Assembly: GCA_020438865.1 (NCBI GenBank)
Contig: JAGQTU010000011.1
Location: forward strand, 8,599 to 72,598
Direction: 5' to 3'
Length of the DNA stretch: 64,000 nt
Source of the DNA: Mycobacterium sp.
GTDB taxonomy: Bacteria; Actinomycetota; Actinomycetes; Mycobacteriales; Mycobacteriaceae
The translations under genes and the position numbers were made by a program. Positions 18,448 through 30,249 of this stretch are shown here, in pieces (the stretch's first letter is position 1; each line of letters opens with the position of its first letter). Under the pieces are notes generated by a model. The model was given only the letters and a program-made list of their open reading frames with translations, ran no database searches and was not told the DNA's origin.

Positions 18448-19193
18448 CTCGAGAGCCGGTTGCGCGACTTCGGCAGCTCGGGGCTGGCGCCCAGTCGGGC
18501 CTGCCGGCCGGCCCGGTCACCGGCGCGGCGCGCGGCTGAGGAGTAGCCGGACGACGCCCGGGCCGCCTGCCAGGTGCCGCGCGCCTCGGAGCTCCTGCGG
18601 TAATGGTCACGCAGCTCGACTTCCTTGTTGCGCAACGCAAGTGCGGTTCCCGGTGCGGTGCGCCGGTCCCTGGTGGCCTCCTGCTTCGCCTCCTCGCGGG
18701 CCTGGGCGAGCCGATGCCCGACGCGCGCCCCGAAGGCCAGCTGGAAGTTGAGCCGCGCGGTGATGGTCGGGGTGGGCCGGTGCGCGCCGGTCGCCAGGTA
18801 GGCGTCGCACGACCGCACCATCTGGACCACCAGGCTGGCGTAGAGGGCGTGGCTGGCGTCGATGTCCTCGGGAAAGCCGTAGGCGTAGACGAACGTGGAG
18901 TTGGAGGCCACATCGCAGCGCACGTCGTTGGCGGCGGCGATGCCGGCGAACAGTTGCACGTAGGTGCGCAGGCCCCGGGAACCGGGCTCGCCGATGGTGA
19001 TGGTGCGCTGGGTCGGCGCCTGGGCCGCGCTGCGGCTGGCCGAATGCGCCCGGGCCACCGCGAGGTCGATCGAGGTCGCCGTGGCCAGCCGCTGGGCGGC
19101 CGCCATGAACGCCTCCGCCTCGTGGGTGTTGTCGGTGCCTTCGGCCTGGCGGAGCAGGGCCGCGATCCGCGCCAGCATCTTGTCGTCTGCCAT
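18444..19193 (-). CDS. DUF2786 domain protein (Rv0184 homologue)
   Basis: KMLARIAALLRQAEGTDNTHEAEAFMAAAQRL DUF2786 motif; ATG lies 7 nt after TAGCGT. Confidence 0.85.
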   Translation of the reverse strand: MADDKMLARIAALLRQAEGTDNTHEAEAFMAAAQRLATATSIDLAVARAHSASRSAAQAPTQRTITIGEPGSRGLRTYVQLFAGIAAANDVRCDVASNSTFVYAYGFPEDIDASHALYASLVVQMVRSCDAYLATGAHRPTPTITARLNFQLAFGARVGHRLAQAREEAKQEATRDRRTAPGTALALRNKEVELRDHYRRSSEARGTWQAARASSGYSSAARRAGDRAGRQARLGASPELPKSRNRLSR

Positions 19194-19203
19194 GGCTGCC
19201 ACG

Positions 19204-20136
19204 CTAAGGGAGGAGGGCGACTTTCCCGTGCGCGTGCCCGGTCTGCAGATAGCGATGGGCCTCCGCCGCGTCGTCGAGCGGGAAGGTCCGGTCGATGGTG
19301 ATCTCGACCCGGCCGTCGCGGGCGAGCGCCAGCAGCTCCGGGCGGGCGGCGTCGCGGATCTGCTGGCCGCCGTCCGCGCCGGTCAGCGCGGCGATTCCGA
19401 GTTCGGCGGCACGTCCGAAGCCGGCGATCGTCGCGATCCGGGATCGGTCGGCCACCAGTTCGACGGAGGTGTCCAGCGCCTCGTCGGTGCCGACCAGGTC
19501 CAGCGCGGCGTCCACCGGCCCGATCGCCCGGACCCGGTCGGCCAGTCCGGCACCGTAGGCGACCGGGGTGGCCCCGTATTTCCGCAGCTGATCGTGCCGG
19601 GCGGGACTGGCGGTGCCGATCACCGTGGCTCCGCGGGCGACGGCCAGTTGCACGGCGAGCAGCCCGACACCGCCGGCCGCGCCGTGGATCAGGACGGTGT
19701 CCGCTGTCCCCACACCGGTATTCGTCAACAGGTGCCAGGCGGTGCCGCCGACGAGCAGCAGGCCGGCGGCCTGTTCGAAGGACAGCGAGCCGGGCTTGTG
19801 GCCGACGTCCTCGGCGTCGACGAGCACCCGCTCGGCGTAGCCGCCGCGCACACCCGTGGCCACCACCTCGTCGCCAACCGCCAGCGCCCCGGTGAAGCCG
19901 GCGGCTCCGGGACCCGCGGCCGCCACCACGCCGGAGACCTCCAGGCCGATCGGCATGGGCAGGGCGGCGGGATCGCGCCCCATCTCGCCGCTGTAGAGCT
20001 TGTAGTCGATCGGATTGGCGCCCGCCGCGCGGACATCGATGAGTACCTGATCGGTGCCCGGCGCGGGCAGGTCGACCTGTTGAACGGCAAGCACTTCCGG
20101 GCCGCCGTAACCGGCGGCAACCACCATCTTGGTCAC
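19204..20136 (-). CDS. NADP-dependent quinone oxidoreductase (MDR superfamily)
   Basis: ANPIDYK, HGAAGGVG, HAHGKVAL; no catalytic Zn ligands seen; GTG lies 7 nt after TAGTGT. Confidence 0.85.
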   Translation of the reverse strand: MTKMVVAAGYGGPEVLAVQQVDLPAPGTDQVLIDVRAAGANPIDYKLYSGEMGRDPAALPMPIGLEVSGVVAAAGPGAAGFTGALAVGDEVVATGVRGGYAERVLVDAEDVGHKPGSLSFEQAAGLLLVGGTAWHLLTNTGVGTADTVLIHGAAGGVGLLAVQLAVARGATVIGTASPARHDQLRKYGATPVAYGAGLADRVRAIGPVDAALDLVGTDEALDTSVELVADRSRIATIAGFGRAAELGIAALTGADGGQQIRDAARPELLALARDGRVEITIDRTFPLDDAAEAHRYLQTGHAHGKVALLP

Positions 20137-20154
20137 GACCACAACACTAGTGCG

Positions 20155-23223
<3,069 letters not shown>

Positions 23224-23234
23224 CGAATAGCTAA

Positions 23235-24173
23235 TCACAGCCGCAGCCCGGACTGCGCCCGTCTCAGCGTGGCCGCGGAGGCCTGCAGCCCGAGCAGTTC
23301 GGAGACCGCGAGCGGCACCGGCAGCACCGGGCCGGCCCCCGCGGCATCGACCACGGTCGGCAACGACAACGCCACCTCGGTGATGCCGTAGGTGCCGCGT
23401 TGCACCGTCGAGACGGGCAGGACCCGATGCTGGTCGCCCAGGATCGCTTCGACGATCCTGGCCGTGGACAAGCCGATCGCCAGGCTGGTCGCGCCCTTGC
23501 CCGCGATGATCTCGTAGGCGGCGCCGACCACTTCCGCGGAGATCTCCGCACGGGCCTGCTCGTCGAAGACCATTGCGCCGTCGGCGTGGAACTGTTCGGC
23601 GGGCACACCGCCGATCGACACACTGGACCACAGCGAGATCTCCGAGTCGCCATGCTCACCGACGATGAGCCCGTGCACGTTGCCGACTGCGATACCCGCC
23701 CGTCGGGCGATGACGAAGCGAAATCGGCTGGAGTCCAACACCGTTCCGGAGCCGAGGATGCGCCCCGGCGGCGCGTCGATGGCCCGGGCCGCGGCATAGG
23801 TGACGATGTCGACCGGATTGGTGACGAACAAGACCACCGCTTCGGGTGACTGTTCCAATAGCTGCGGCGTAAGTTGCTGCGCCATAGCCACATTCGTCCC
23901 CGCAAGCTCCAGTCTGCTCTGCCCCGCGTGTTGTTTGGCTCCTGCGGTGACCACCACGACCGTCGAGCCGGCGGTGACGCCGAGGTCGTCGGATCCGGTC
24001 ACCGTGCACGGCGGCACGAACTGGCCGCCATGGTTGAGGTCGAGAACCTCCGCACGCACCTTCTTCGCATCGGTGTCATATAGCGAAAGCGCCCGTGCCG
24101 ATCCGCGGATCAGGCAGGCGTAGGCGATTGCGGTGCCGACGCTACCGACGCCGACGATGGAGAGCTTGCTCAT
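23235..24173 (-). CDS. ldh: NAD-dependent L-lactate dehydrogenase
   Basis: GVGSVG Rossmann fold; GAKQ...GQSRLEL (Gln102/Arg109 equivalents); VTNPVD; LDSSRFR; GEHGDSE; KGATSLAIG. Confidence 0.85.
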   Translation of the reverse strand: MSKLSIVGVGSVGTAIAYACLIRGSARALSLYDTDAKKVRAEVLDLNHGGQFVPPCTVTGSDDLGVTAGSTVVVVTAGAKQHAGQSRLELAGTNVAMAQQLTPQLLEQSPEAVVLFVTNPVDIVTYAAARAIDAPPGRILGSGTVLDSSRFRFVIARRAGIAVGNVHGLIVGEHGDSEISLWSSVSIGGVPAEQFHADGAMVFDEQARAEISAEVVGAAYEIIAGKGATSLAIGLSTARIVEAILGDQHRVLPVSTVQRGTYGITEVALSLPTVVDAAGAGPVLPVPLAVSELLGLQASAATLRRAQSGLRL

Positions 24174-24225
24174 CGACCGATGAGCACCCCACCATCGCCG
24201 TCGACGGTGGGGTGCCCGAGTCGGA

Positions 24226-25188
24226 TCAGTCGATGCCGACGATTTCCTGGGCGATCGCGGCCACCCGGGTCTGTGCGGCGGAGACGACGCGCTGGCGGTT
24301 CTTGTGCGCCTCCTCGTAGGCGATGATCGCCCGCAGGTCGGCGGGATCGGTGAGATCCTTGACCGCCGTTGCGGCTTCGCTGAGGTTGAGCTCGTCATAG
24401 CCGGCGATCGGCAGTTCCGAGGGATCGAGCACACCGGTCACGCTGCGCATCGAGTGCAGGGTGTCCGCGGTTCCATCGGCACCCTCGCGGCGGGTGACCC
24501 GTTCGGCGGTCTGGAGCGCGGCGTCGCGGGACGCCGCGACGGCCTTGGCCGCCACCTCGCCGGCGCGGGTGCCGCGATTGATCAGGTCATTGACCGCGGG
24601 GCGGGCGCCGCGCAGCGACTCCAGGGCCCGGTCGGCGCCGCGCACCGACCACGCCATCGGCAGGTTGACCATCCGGACCGCCACACCGGTTGCGGCTTGC
24701 AGCGGGGTGCGGCGCAGCGCCGCGGGGCCGCCGAGGGCGTCCTCGGCCAGCACGGTGCTCAGCCAGTCCACGGTGGCGGAGTGCGCGGTGATGAGCCGGT
24801 CGGCCAGCTTCTGGACGTCGGGCTTCTTGGCCGCGACGGCCAGCGCCTTGACGTAGCGGGCCCGGTCCAGGAGTTGGCCCTCGAGCGCGAGGTCTCCCAA
24901 CAGGGCCTCGTCGAAGGGCTGGGCCTGCTCGGTCAGCGCCTTGACCGCTGCCGCGGCGCGGCCGAAGAACGGGCCGATGAGGTCCGGGAAGCCACCGAGG
25001 TCACGGATGGCGGCTTCGACGGCTTCGGCGCGCTGTCTGCCGTTCTCGGCGTTCTGGGTGAGCTCGCGGCGTACGGCCTCGGTGCGGGCCTGCGCGACGC
25101 GGGTCTCGGCCACCTGGATCTCGGTGTTGGTCAGGTCGAGCAGGGCTCGCAACTGCGCGAGGAGTCTGCTGGTGTCTGGAGTGTTCAT
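24226..25188 (-). CDS. Ferritin-like domain protein with C-terminal small helical domain
   Basis: Helical N-terminal region (LALEGQLLDRARY, ITAHSATVDWL); C-terminal LPIAGYDEL...YEEAHKNR motif. Confidence 0.7.
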   Translation of the reverse strand: MNTPDTSRLLAQLRALLDLTNTEIQVAETRVAQARTEAVRRELTQNAENGRQRAEAVEAAIRDLGGFPDLIGPFFGRAAAAVKALTEQAQPFDEALLGDLALEGQLLDRARYVKALAVAAKKPDVQKLADRLITAHSATVDWLSTVLAEDALGGPAALRRTPLQAATGVAVRMVNLPMAWSVRGADRALESLRGARPAVNDLINRGTRAGEVAAKAVAASRDAALQTAERVTRREGADGTADTLHSMRSVTGVLDPSELPIAGYDELNLSEAATAVKDLTDPADLRAIIAYEEAHKNRQRVVSAAQTRVAAIAQEIVGID

Positions 25189-25255
25189 GCGGGAAATCCC
25201 CTTGATGCGTTGACGGATTGTGTCGGCGCACGGTTCTTGCACCTGCCTGACCGTC

Positions 25256-25281
25256 TACCCGATCCATCGGGACGCCATTCA
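25256..25281 (-). promoter_or_regulatory. Possible SigF-type promoter for the ferritin-like gene
   Basis: Minus strand TGAAT-N16-GGGTAG, an imperfect match to GGWWT-N16/17-GGGTAY. Confidence 0.35.
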
Positions 25282-25539
25282 CCGGCGATCGGGGTTGTGA
25301 GATCTCTCGCGGCAGAAACATGTTCTGACCGCGATCGGGTACTCCGGGGGTTTGCCGCAGGTCACGATGACATCGCGATGGTCGTTACGACGGGTTAAGA
25401 ATCCGGCGCGGATCATGAGAGCCCTCAGACCCGCGCGCGTTTCATGACCCGTTGCTCAGCCGATCGGCGAAATCTGAGTCGAACATCACGTCGGTTTCGC
25501 GTAACGCCCGCGGCGTCACCAATTGGCCTGATCGCACGC

Positions 25540-25566
25540 GGTTTTGCCGCAAAGACGCACGGGTAC
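25540..25566 (+). promoter_or_regulatory. SigF promoter
   Basis: GGTTT-N16-GGGTAC, an exact match to the mycobacterial SigF consensus, about 58 nt upstream of ATG 25624. Confidence 0.72.
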
Positions 25567-25623
25567 CTTGGCTTTCAGGACGGGGGAACAGCAATAGATT
25601 CCCAATCGAAGGAAGAAGTGATC

Positions 25624-26022
25624 ATGAAGTTCAACGGCTTCGCGCGGAGCCCGAAGGCCGCGACCGTGTGTACCGGATGGCTCGTGGGGGGCGTCGCGGT
25701 CGCGATGCTGGCGGCTCCGAGCGCTGCGGCGGCTCCCGACTGCAGCGGACCCGGGGTGGCCAACACCGTCAGTTCGGTGACCGGCGCCGCTCAGGAGTAC
25801 CTCACCACCCACAACGGTGCCCGACAGGTGTTGCTCGCCGCCGCCAACCAGGATCCGGCCCAGGCCCAGGCCAACGTTCGTGGATACTTCACCGCCAATC
25901 CGGGTGAGTATTACGACCTGCGCGGCATCCTGGCCCCGATCGGCGACGTGCAGCGGACTTGCGACGTGAGCGTGCTGCCGCCGAACCTCTCCGCGGCCTA
26001 CGACCAGTTCATGGCCGGCTGA
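25624..26022 (+). CDS. Secreted hemophore-related protein (Rv0203 family)
   Basis: Signal peptide ending AAA-APDC; two Cys; YLTTH and YFTANP..YYDLRGI motifs; AAGGAAG RBS. Confidence 0.82.
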   Translation: MKFNGFARSPKAATVCTGWLVGGVAVAMLAAPSAAAAPDCSGPGVANTVSSVTGAAQEYLTTHNGARQVLLAAANQDPAQAQANVRGYFTANPGEYYDLRGILAPIGDVQRTCDVSVLPPNLSAAYDQFMAG

Positions 26023-26078
26023 CCGGACAGAAGGGCCGCTGCCACAGTGTTTCGCTGTGGCAGCGGCCTTTCCCGTGG

Positions 26079-26537
26079 TTACGCCCGGGCGTCGTCGTCG
26101 AGCCGGGACAGCACCGTCGCGGTCAACCTGTCCAGCGCGCGCAGCTGGCCGGGTGTGATCGCATCGAACAGCACCGAGCGCACCAGCCGGACGTGGCCGG
26201 GGGCGGCGGCGGCCAGTGCGGCCCGCCCGGCGCCGGTGATGTCGACCGTCGCGCCGCGCCGATCCTGCGCACTGCCGGATCGGCCCACGAGCGCGCGGTC
26301 GCGCATCCGCCGCAGTTGATGTGACAGCCTGCTCTGCTCCCAGCCGAGCAACTCGGCGAGTTCGAAGATCCGCAGCGCGCCGCGTTCGGACAACGCGACC
26401 AGCACGTCATAGTCGGCCAGCGACAAGCCGCAATCCCGCTGCAGCTGGCGGTTCATCGCGGCCTGCAGCCGGGTGCCCATCACCAGATAGTTGCGCCACA
26501 CCCGTTGCTGGTCGTCGTCGAGCCACACCGATGCCAT
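26079..26537 (-). CDS. MarR-family regulator
   Basis: GLSLADYDVL, WEQSRLSHQLRRM, DRRG winged-HTH motifs; ATG lies 6 nt after TAGTCT. Confidence 0.9.
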   Translation of the reverse strand: MASVWLDDDQQRVWRNYLVMGTRLQAAMNRQLQRDCGLSLADYDVLVALSERGALRIFELAELLGWEQSRLSHQLRRMRDRALVGRSGSAQDRRGATVDITGAGRAALAAAAPGHVRLVRSVLFDAITPGQLRALDRLTATVLSRLDDDARA

Positions 26538-26557
26538 CCGCCGAGACTACCGGAATA

Positions 26558-26571
26558 CATGACACGTCATG
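26558..26571. promoter_or_regulatory. Candidate MarR operator CATGAC-N2-GTCATG
   Basis: Inverted repeat between the divergent marR and pirin genes. Confidence 0.55.
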
Positions 26572-26628
26572 CTTGTTGTCGGGTGCATCGCCGGCCACCT
26601 AGGCTGGCACCAACCAAGGGGTGATGAC

Positions 26629-27384
26629 ATGGCCACCGCAATCGACATCCGGCGCGCCGCGGATCGGGCCGCGACCAAGATCGACTGGCTCGACTCCAAG
26701 CACTCGTTCTCGTTCGGCGGGCATTACGACCCGAACAACACCCACCACGGTCTGCTGCTGGTGAACAACGACGACATCGTCAAGCCGGGAACCGGATTCG
26801 AGACGCACCCGCACCGCGACATGGAGATCGTGACCTGGGTGCTGCGGGGGTCGCTGGTCCACCAGGATTCGACCGGCCACTCCGGTGTCATCTACCCGGG
26901 TCTGGCCCAGCGGATGTCGGCGGGGCGGGGCATCCTGCACTCGGAGAAGAACGACTCGTGGACACTCACCGGGCACGAGACCCACAGCGAGCCGGTTCAT
27001 TTCGTGCAGATGTGGGTGGTGCCCGACGAGTCGGGCATCGACCCGGGCTACCAACAGCTCGAGATCGACGACGAACTGCTCACCGGGGGGCTGGTCACCA
27101 TCGCCTCGGGCATGCCGGAGCACCGCGACGCGACCGCGATCAACATCCGCAGCCGGTACGCCGCGCTGCACGGCGCGCGGTTGCGCCCCGGCGATTCGGT
27201 CGAACTTCCCGATGCGCCGTATCTGCATCTGTTCGTCCCGCGCGGATCGGTGACACTCGAGGACGCGGGCAACCTCGCCGAGGGTGACGCCGTGCGGTTC
27301 ACCGCTGCCGGTGGACGGCGGCTCACGGCCACCGCCGACGCGGAGATCCTGGTCTGGGAGATGCATGCGGGCTTGGCGGGCTAG
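26629..27384 (+). CDS. Pirin-family protein (Rv0181c homologue)
   Basis: GFETHPHRDMEIVTWV, HQDSTG, MSAGRGILHSEKN, VQMWV. Confidence 0.92.
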   Translation: MATAIDIRRAADRAATKIDWLDSKHSFSFGGHYDPNNTHHGLLLVNNDDIVKPGTGFETHPHRDMEIVTWVLRGSLVHQDSTGHSGVIYPGLAQRMSAGRGILHSEKNDSWTLTGHETHSEPVHFVQMWVVPDESGIDPGYQQLEIDDELLTGGLVTIASGMPEHRDATAINIRSRYAALHGARLRPGDSVELPDAPYLHLFVPRGSVTLEDAGNLAEGDAVRFTAAGGRRLTATADAEILVWEMHAGLAG

Positions 27385-28648
27385 GGCGGTCGTTGGCATA
27401 GTCGCCGCGTCGGTGGGTGTGGCGTGCAGCCATCCCGCACCGCCGCCCGCGCCCGGCGCGTCGGTGCCGAACGGTCTGGCGCCCACGGCCATAACGGTTC
27501 CGGCGGCCTTGGCCGCGGCACCGCTGGACACGCCCCGCGACGCCCTGCTGCCCTCGGGGTGGAGCATGTCGGTGTGGGCGCGAATCCCACATGCCCGGCT
27601 GGCGATCTGGGCACCGGACGCCACACTGCTGGTCTCGGTGCCCGCCGAGGGCCGACTGTCGCGCCTCGTCCCGGGCCCGGCCGGACCGACCGTCTCCACA
27701 CTGCTCGCGGGCCTCAACCAGCCGCATGGCCTGGCGTTCGCCGGTGACACCCTCTACGTCGCCGAGGCCGATCAGATCGTCGGCTACACCTATGCCGAAG
27801 GGCGGGCCGCCGATCGCCGCGTGCTCGCCGCGGGCCTGCCCGACGCCCGCAGTCCGGAACTGGGCGGGGCCTATGCACATGCCCTGAAGAGCGTTGCGGT
27901 GGGACCCGACGGGGCGGTGTACTTCTCCATCGGCTCGACCGGAAACGTCTCCGCGGCCGATCGCACCGCCAACCCGCAGCGGGCGACGATCATGCGGATT
28001 CCTCCCGGCGGTGGGCCCGCGATCCCTTTCGCGACCGGCGTGCGCAACGGCACGGGGTTGGCCGTGGCCCCGGACGGATCACTGTGGACCGCGGTCAACA
28101 ACCGCGACGACATCGCCTACCCGCATCCTGGGCCTTCGTACGGCGCTGTCAACGACTATGTCAACGACCACCCGCCCGAGACGCTTGCGCGGGTGACTCC
28201 GGGTCGCGAATTGGGTTGGCCCTACTGCAATCCCGACGTCGACGCCGGCCCGCGGTTCATCCGCGACGTGCAGACCAACGCCGACGGCGAACACCTGGAC
28301 TGCGCGACCCTGACCCCGGTCGAGCAGACCCTGGGAGCGCACTCGGCTCCGCTCGGGCTGGCCTTCGCGAATCTGCCCCGGCCGTTCGGCCCGGGGGCAC
28401 TACTGGGCGTGCATGGCTCATGGAACCGGAACCCGCCTCGCGCGCCCGAGGTGTCGTTCTTCGGTTGGCGGGACGGCACATTGGGACCACAGCAGACATT
28501 GGTGGGCGGATTCCAGACGCCGGAGGGCGCCCGCTGGGGCCGTCCGGTTGCAGCGGTGCCCGGCCCGGACGGCGCGGTGTACGTGACCGACGACTACGCC
28601 GGTGCGGTGTACCGTGTCGCGCCGCCGGGCGGCACCGGGAACTCCTAG
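27365..28648 (+). CDS. PQQ-dependent sugar (glucose/sorbosone) dehydrogenase-like lipoprotein
   Basis: Lipobox GVAC; GLNQPHGLAF, GVRNGTGL, HSAPLGLAF, HGSWNR, GRPV...GPDGAVYVTDD beta-propeller motifs. Confidence 0.8.
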   Translation: MRAWRARAVVGIVAASVGVACSHPAPPPAPGASVPNGLAPTAITVPAALAAAPLDTPRDALLPSGWSMSVWARIPHARLAIWAPDATLLVSVPAEGRLSRLVPGPAGPTVSTLLAGLNQPHGLAFAGDTLYVAEADQIVGYTYAEGRAADRRVLAAGLPDARSPELGGAYAHALKSVAVGPDGAVYFSIGSTGNVSAADRTANPQRATIMRIPPGGGPAIPFATGVRNGTGLAVAPDGSLWTAVNNRDDIAYPHPGPSYGAVNDYVNDHPPETLARVTPGRELGWPYCNPDVDAGPRFIRDVQTNADGEHLDCATLTPVEQTLGAHSAPLGLAFANLPRPFGPGALLGVHGSWNRNPPRAPEVSFFGWRDGTLGPQQTLVGGFQTPEGARWGRPVAAVPGPDGAVYVTDDYAGAVYRVAPPGGTGNS

Positions 28649-28923
28649 CGGTGAACCTGGTCGCGACGGCCGGTGATGGCCAGGTAGATCGCGATCAGGA
28701 CGACCGCGACGACCACACCGACCAGGAACGGGATGATGGCGAACCCGCCGTTGGAGTTGCTGTAGCCCACCTGGTAGGTGATCCACGAGCCGAGGAACGA
28801 GCCGACGACGCCGAGCACGATCGTCATCACGATTCCGATGTTCTGCTTGCCGGGCATCACCAGTCGCGCCAGCGCCCCGACGATCAGGCCGACGACGATC
28901 GCTCCGATGATCGTTCCGATCAT
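28645..28923 (-). CDS. GlsB/YeaQ/YmgE family stress membrane protein
   Basis: GLIVGALARLVMPG...GVVGSFLG motif, three TM segments. Confidence 0.88.
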   Translation of the reverse strand: MIGTIIGAIVVGLIVGALARLVMPGKQNIGIVMTIVLGVVGSFLGSWITYQVGYSNSNGGFAIIPFLVGVVVAVVLIAIYLAITGRRDQVHR

Positions 28924-29169
28924 TGCTGCTCCTTGTGTTCAGGCGGTCCCCGGCGGGTCCGCGCGAGTGCAGTTATTCCCCCTTCCCAACGCCGATAACC
29001 TCGCCAAATCACTCGCTGCACCGAATTTCCGCGCCAGCAAATACTTGTCCGCGATTCGTGATCACCCATCGGCCCAACCGTCACGCGATTGTTACGCAAG
29101 TTGACAGTGTGGTTTCTGTGGTTAATGTGATCTCTGTCGTACGACTTCTCGCGCCCCGAAAGGCCCACC

Positions 29170-30249
29170 GTGGCAACAACAGCCGTGATGCTTCGCCGCA
29201 GCGTCGCCGGCTGGATGACGGTGCTGGCCTGCCTGACCCTGGCCACTACCACCGGCAGGCCGGTCGCCCATGCCGAGGGTCGCGATCAACTGGCCCAGGC
29301 AATCGCCACCACCCGAGGTAGCTACCTGGTCTACAACTTCGGCAACGGGTTTCCGGCGCCGATGCTCAACGGTGCGGGCAACTGGTACGAGATGACCAGC
29401 GGCGGCCATCTGATGATCATCAAGGCGGCGTCGCATCGGCTGACCCCGCGACTGCTCGTCGACACCCACACCGGCTTCCAATCCCGCTGCGAACGCACGC
29501 CGGGTGCACGCACCCGCGAGGGCCTGCTGCAGGCCTCGGAGACCTACCCGCCACTGCAGGCGTGGCAGGTGCTGGGCCAGCCGACGATCGCGATCAACGC
29601 GAACTTCTTCGATGTGCGTTCCCAGCAGGGCGGCTCCTGGAAGTCCACCGGTTGCAGTTCCCCGCTGGGCGCCTACGTCGACAACACCAACGGGCAGGGC
29701 GGCGCCAACGCCGCGGTCACCGGCACCATCGCCTACGCGGGCAAGCAGGCGCTATCCGGCGGTGACGAGGTGTGGACCGCGCTGACGACGATGATCCTGC
29801 CCGTCGCCGGCGCCCCGTTCGTGGTGTCACCCAAGTCCCCCCAGGACTACGACGCCGCGACGCCGGTGATCCAGTCGCTGATGGACAAGGGCACCCGGTT
29901 CGTCGCGGTCAGCGGGCTCGGGTTGCTGGCCCCCGGCGACACGGGGCAGCTGAACGACCCCGGCCCCAGCGCAGCGCGTACCGCGCTGGCCTACGCCAGG
30001 GACAAGGACGAGATGTACGTCTTCCAGGGCGGCAGCTACACCCCGGACCAGATCCAGGACCTGTTCCGGGGATTGGGCAGCGACACCGCGATTCTGCTCG
30101 ACGGCGGTGGCTCCTCGGCGATCGTGCTGCGCCGCGACACCGGCGGCATGTGGGCCGGCGCCGGCGTGCCCAAGGGTTCCTGCGACACCATGCAGGTGCT
30201 GTGCGACGCCCGCGAGCGGGCGCTGCCCAGTTGGCTGGCGTTCAACTAG
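29170..30249 (+). CDS. lprO: Phosphodiester glycosidase family protein LprO (Rv0179c homologue)
   Basis: AINANFFD, ARTALAY, LLDGGGSS; synteny next to mam1D. Confidence 0.85.
   Translation: MATTAVMLRRSVAGWMTVLACLTLATTTGRPVAHAEGRDQLAQAIATTRGSYLVYNFGNGFPAPMLNGAGNWYEMTSGGHLMIIKAASHRLTPRLLVDTHTGFQSRCERTPGARTREGLLQASETYPPLQAWQVLGQPTIAINANFFDVRSQQGGSWKSTGCSSPLGAYVDNTNGQGGANAAVTGTIAYAGKQALSGGDEVWTALTTMILPVAGAPFVVSPKSPQDYDAATPVIQSLMDKGTRFVAVSGLGLLAPGDTGQLNDPGPSAARTALAYARDKDEMYVFQGGSYTPDQIQDLFRGLGSDTAILLDGGGSSAIVLRRDTGGMWAGAGVPKGSCDTMQVLCDARERALPSWLAFN

Noticed and set aside
28975-29000. SigF-like promoter (GGTTA-N15-GGGAAT) for the GlsB-family gene
   Set aside because: Mismatches in both elements; too weak to call without TSS data.
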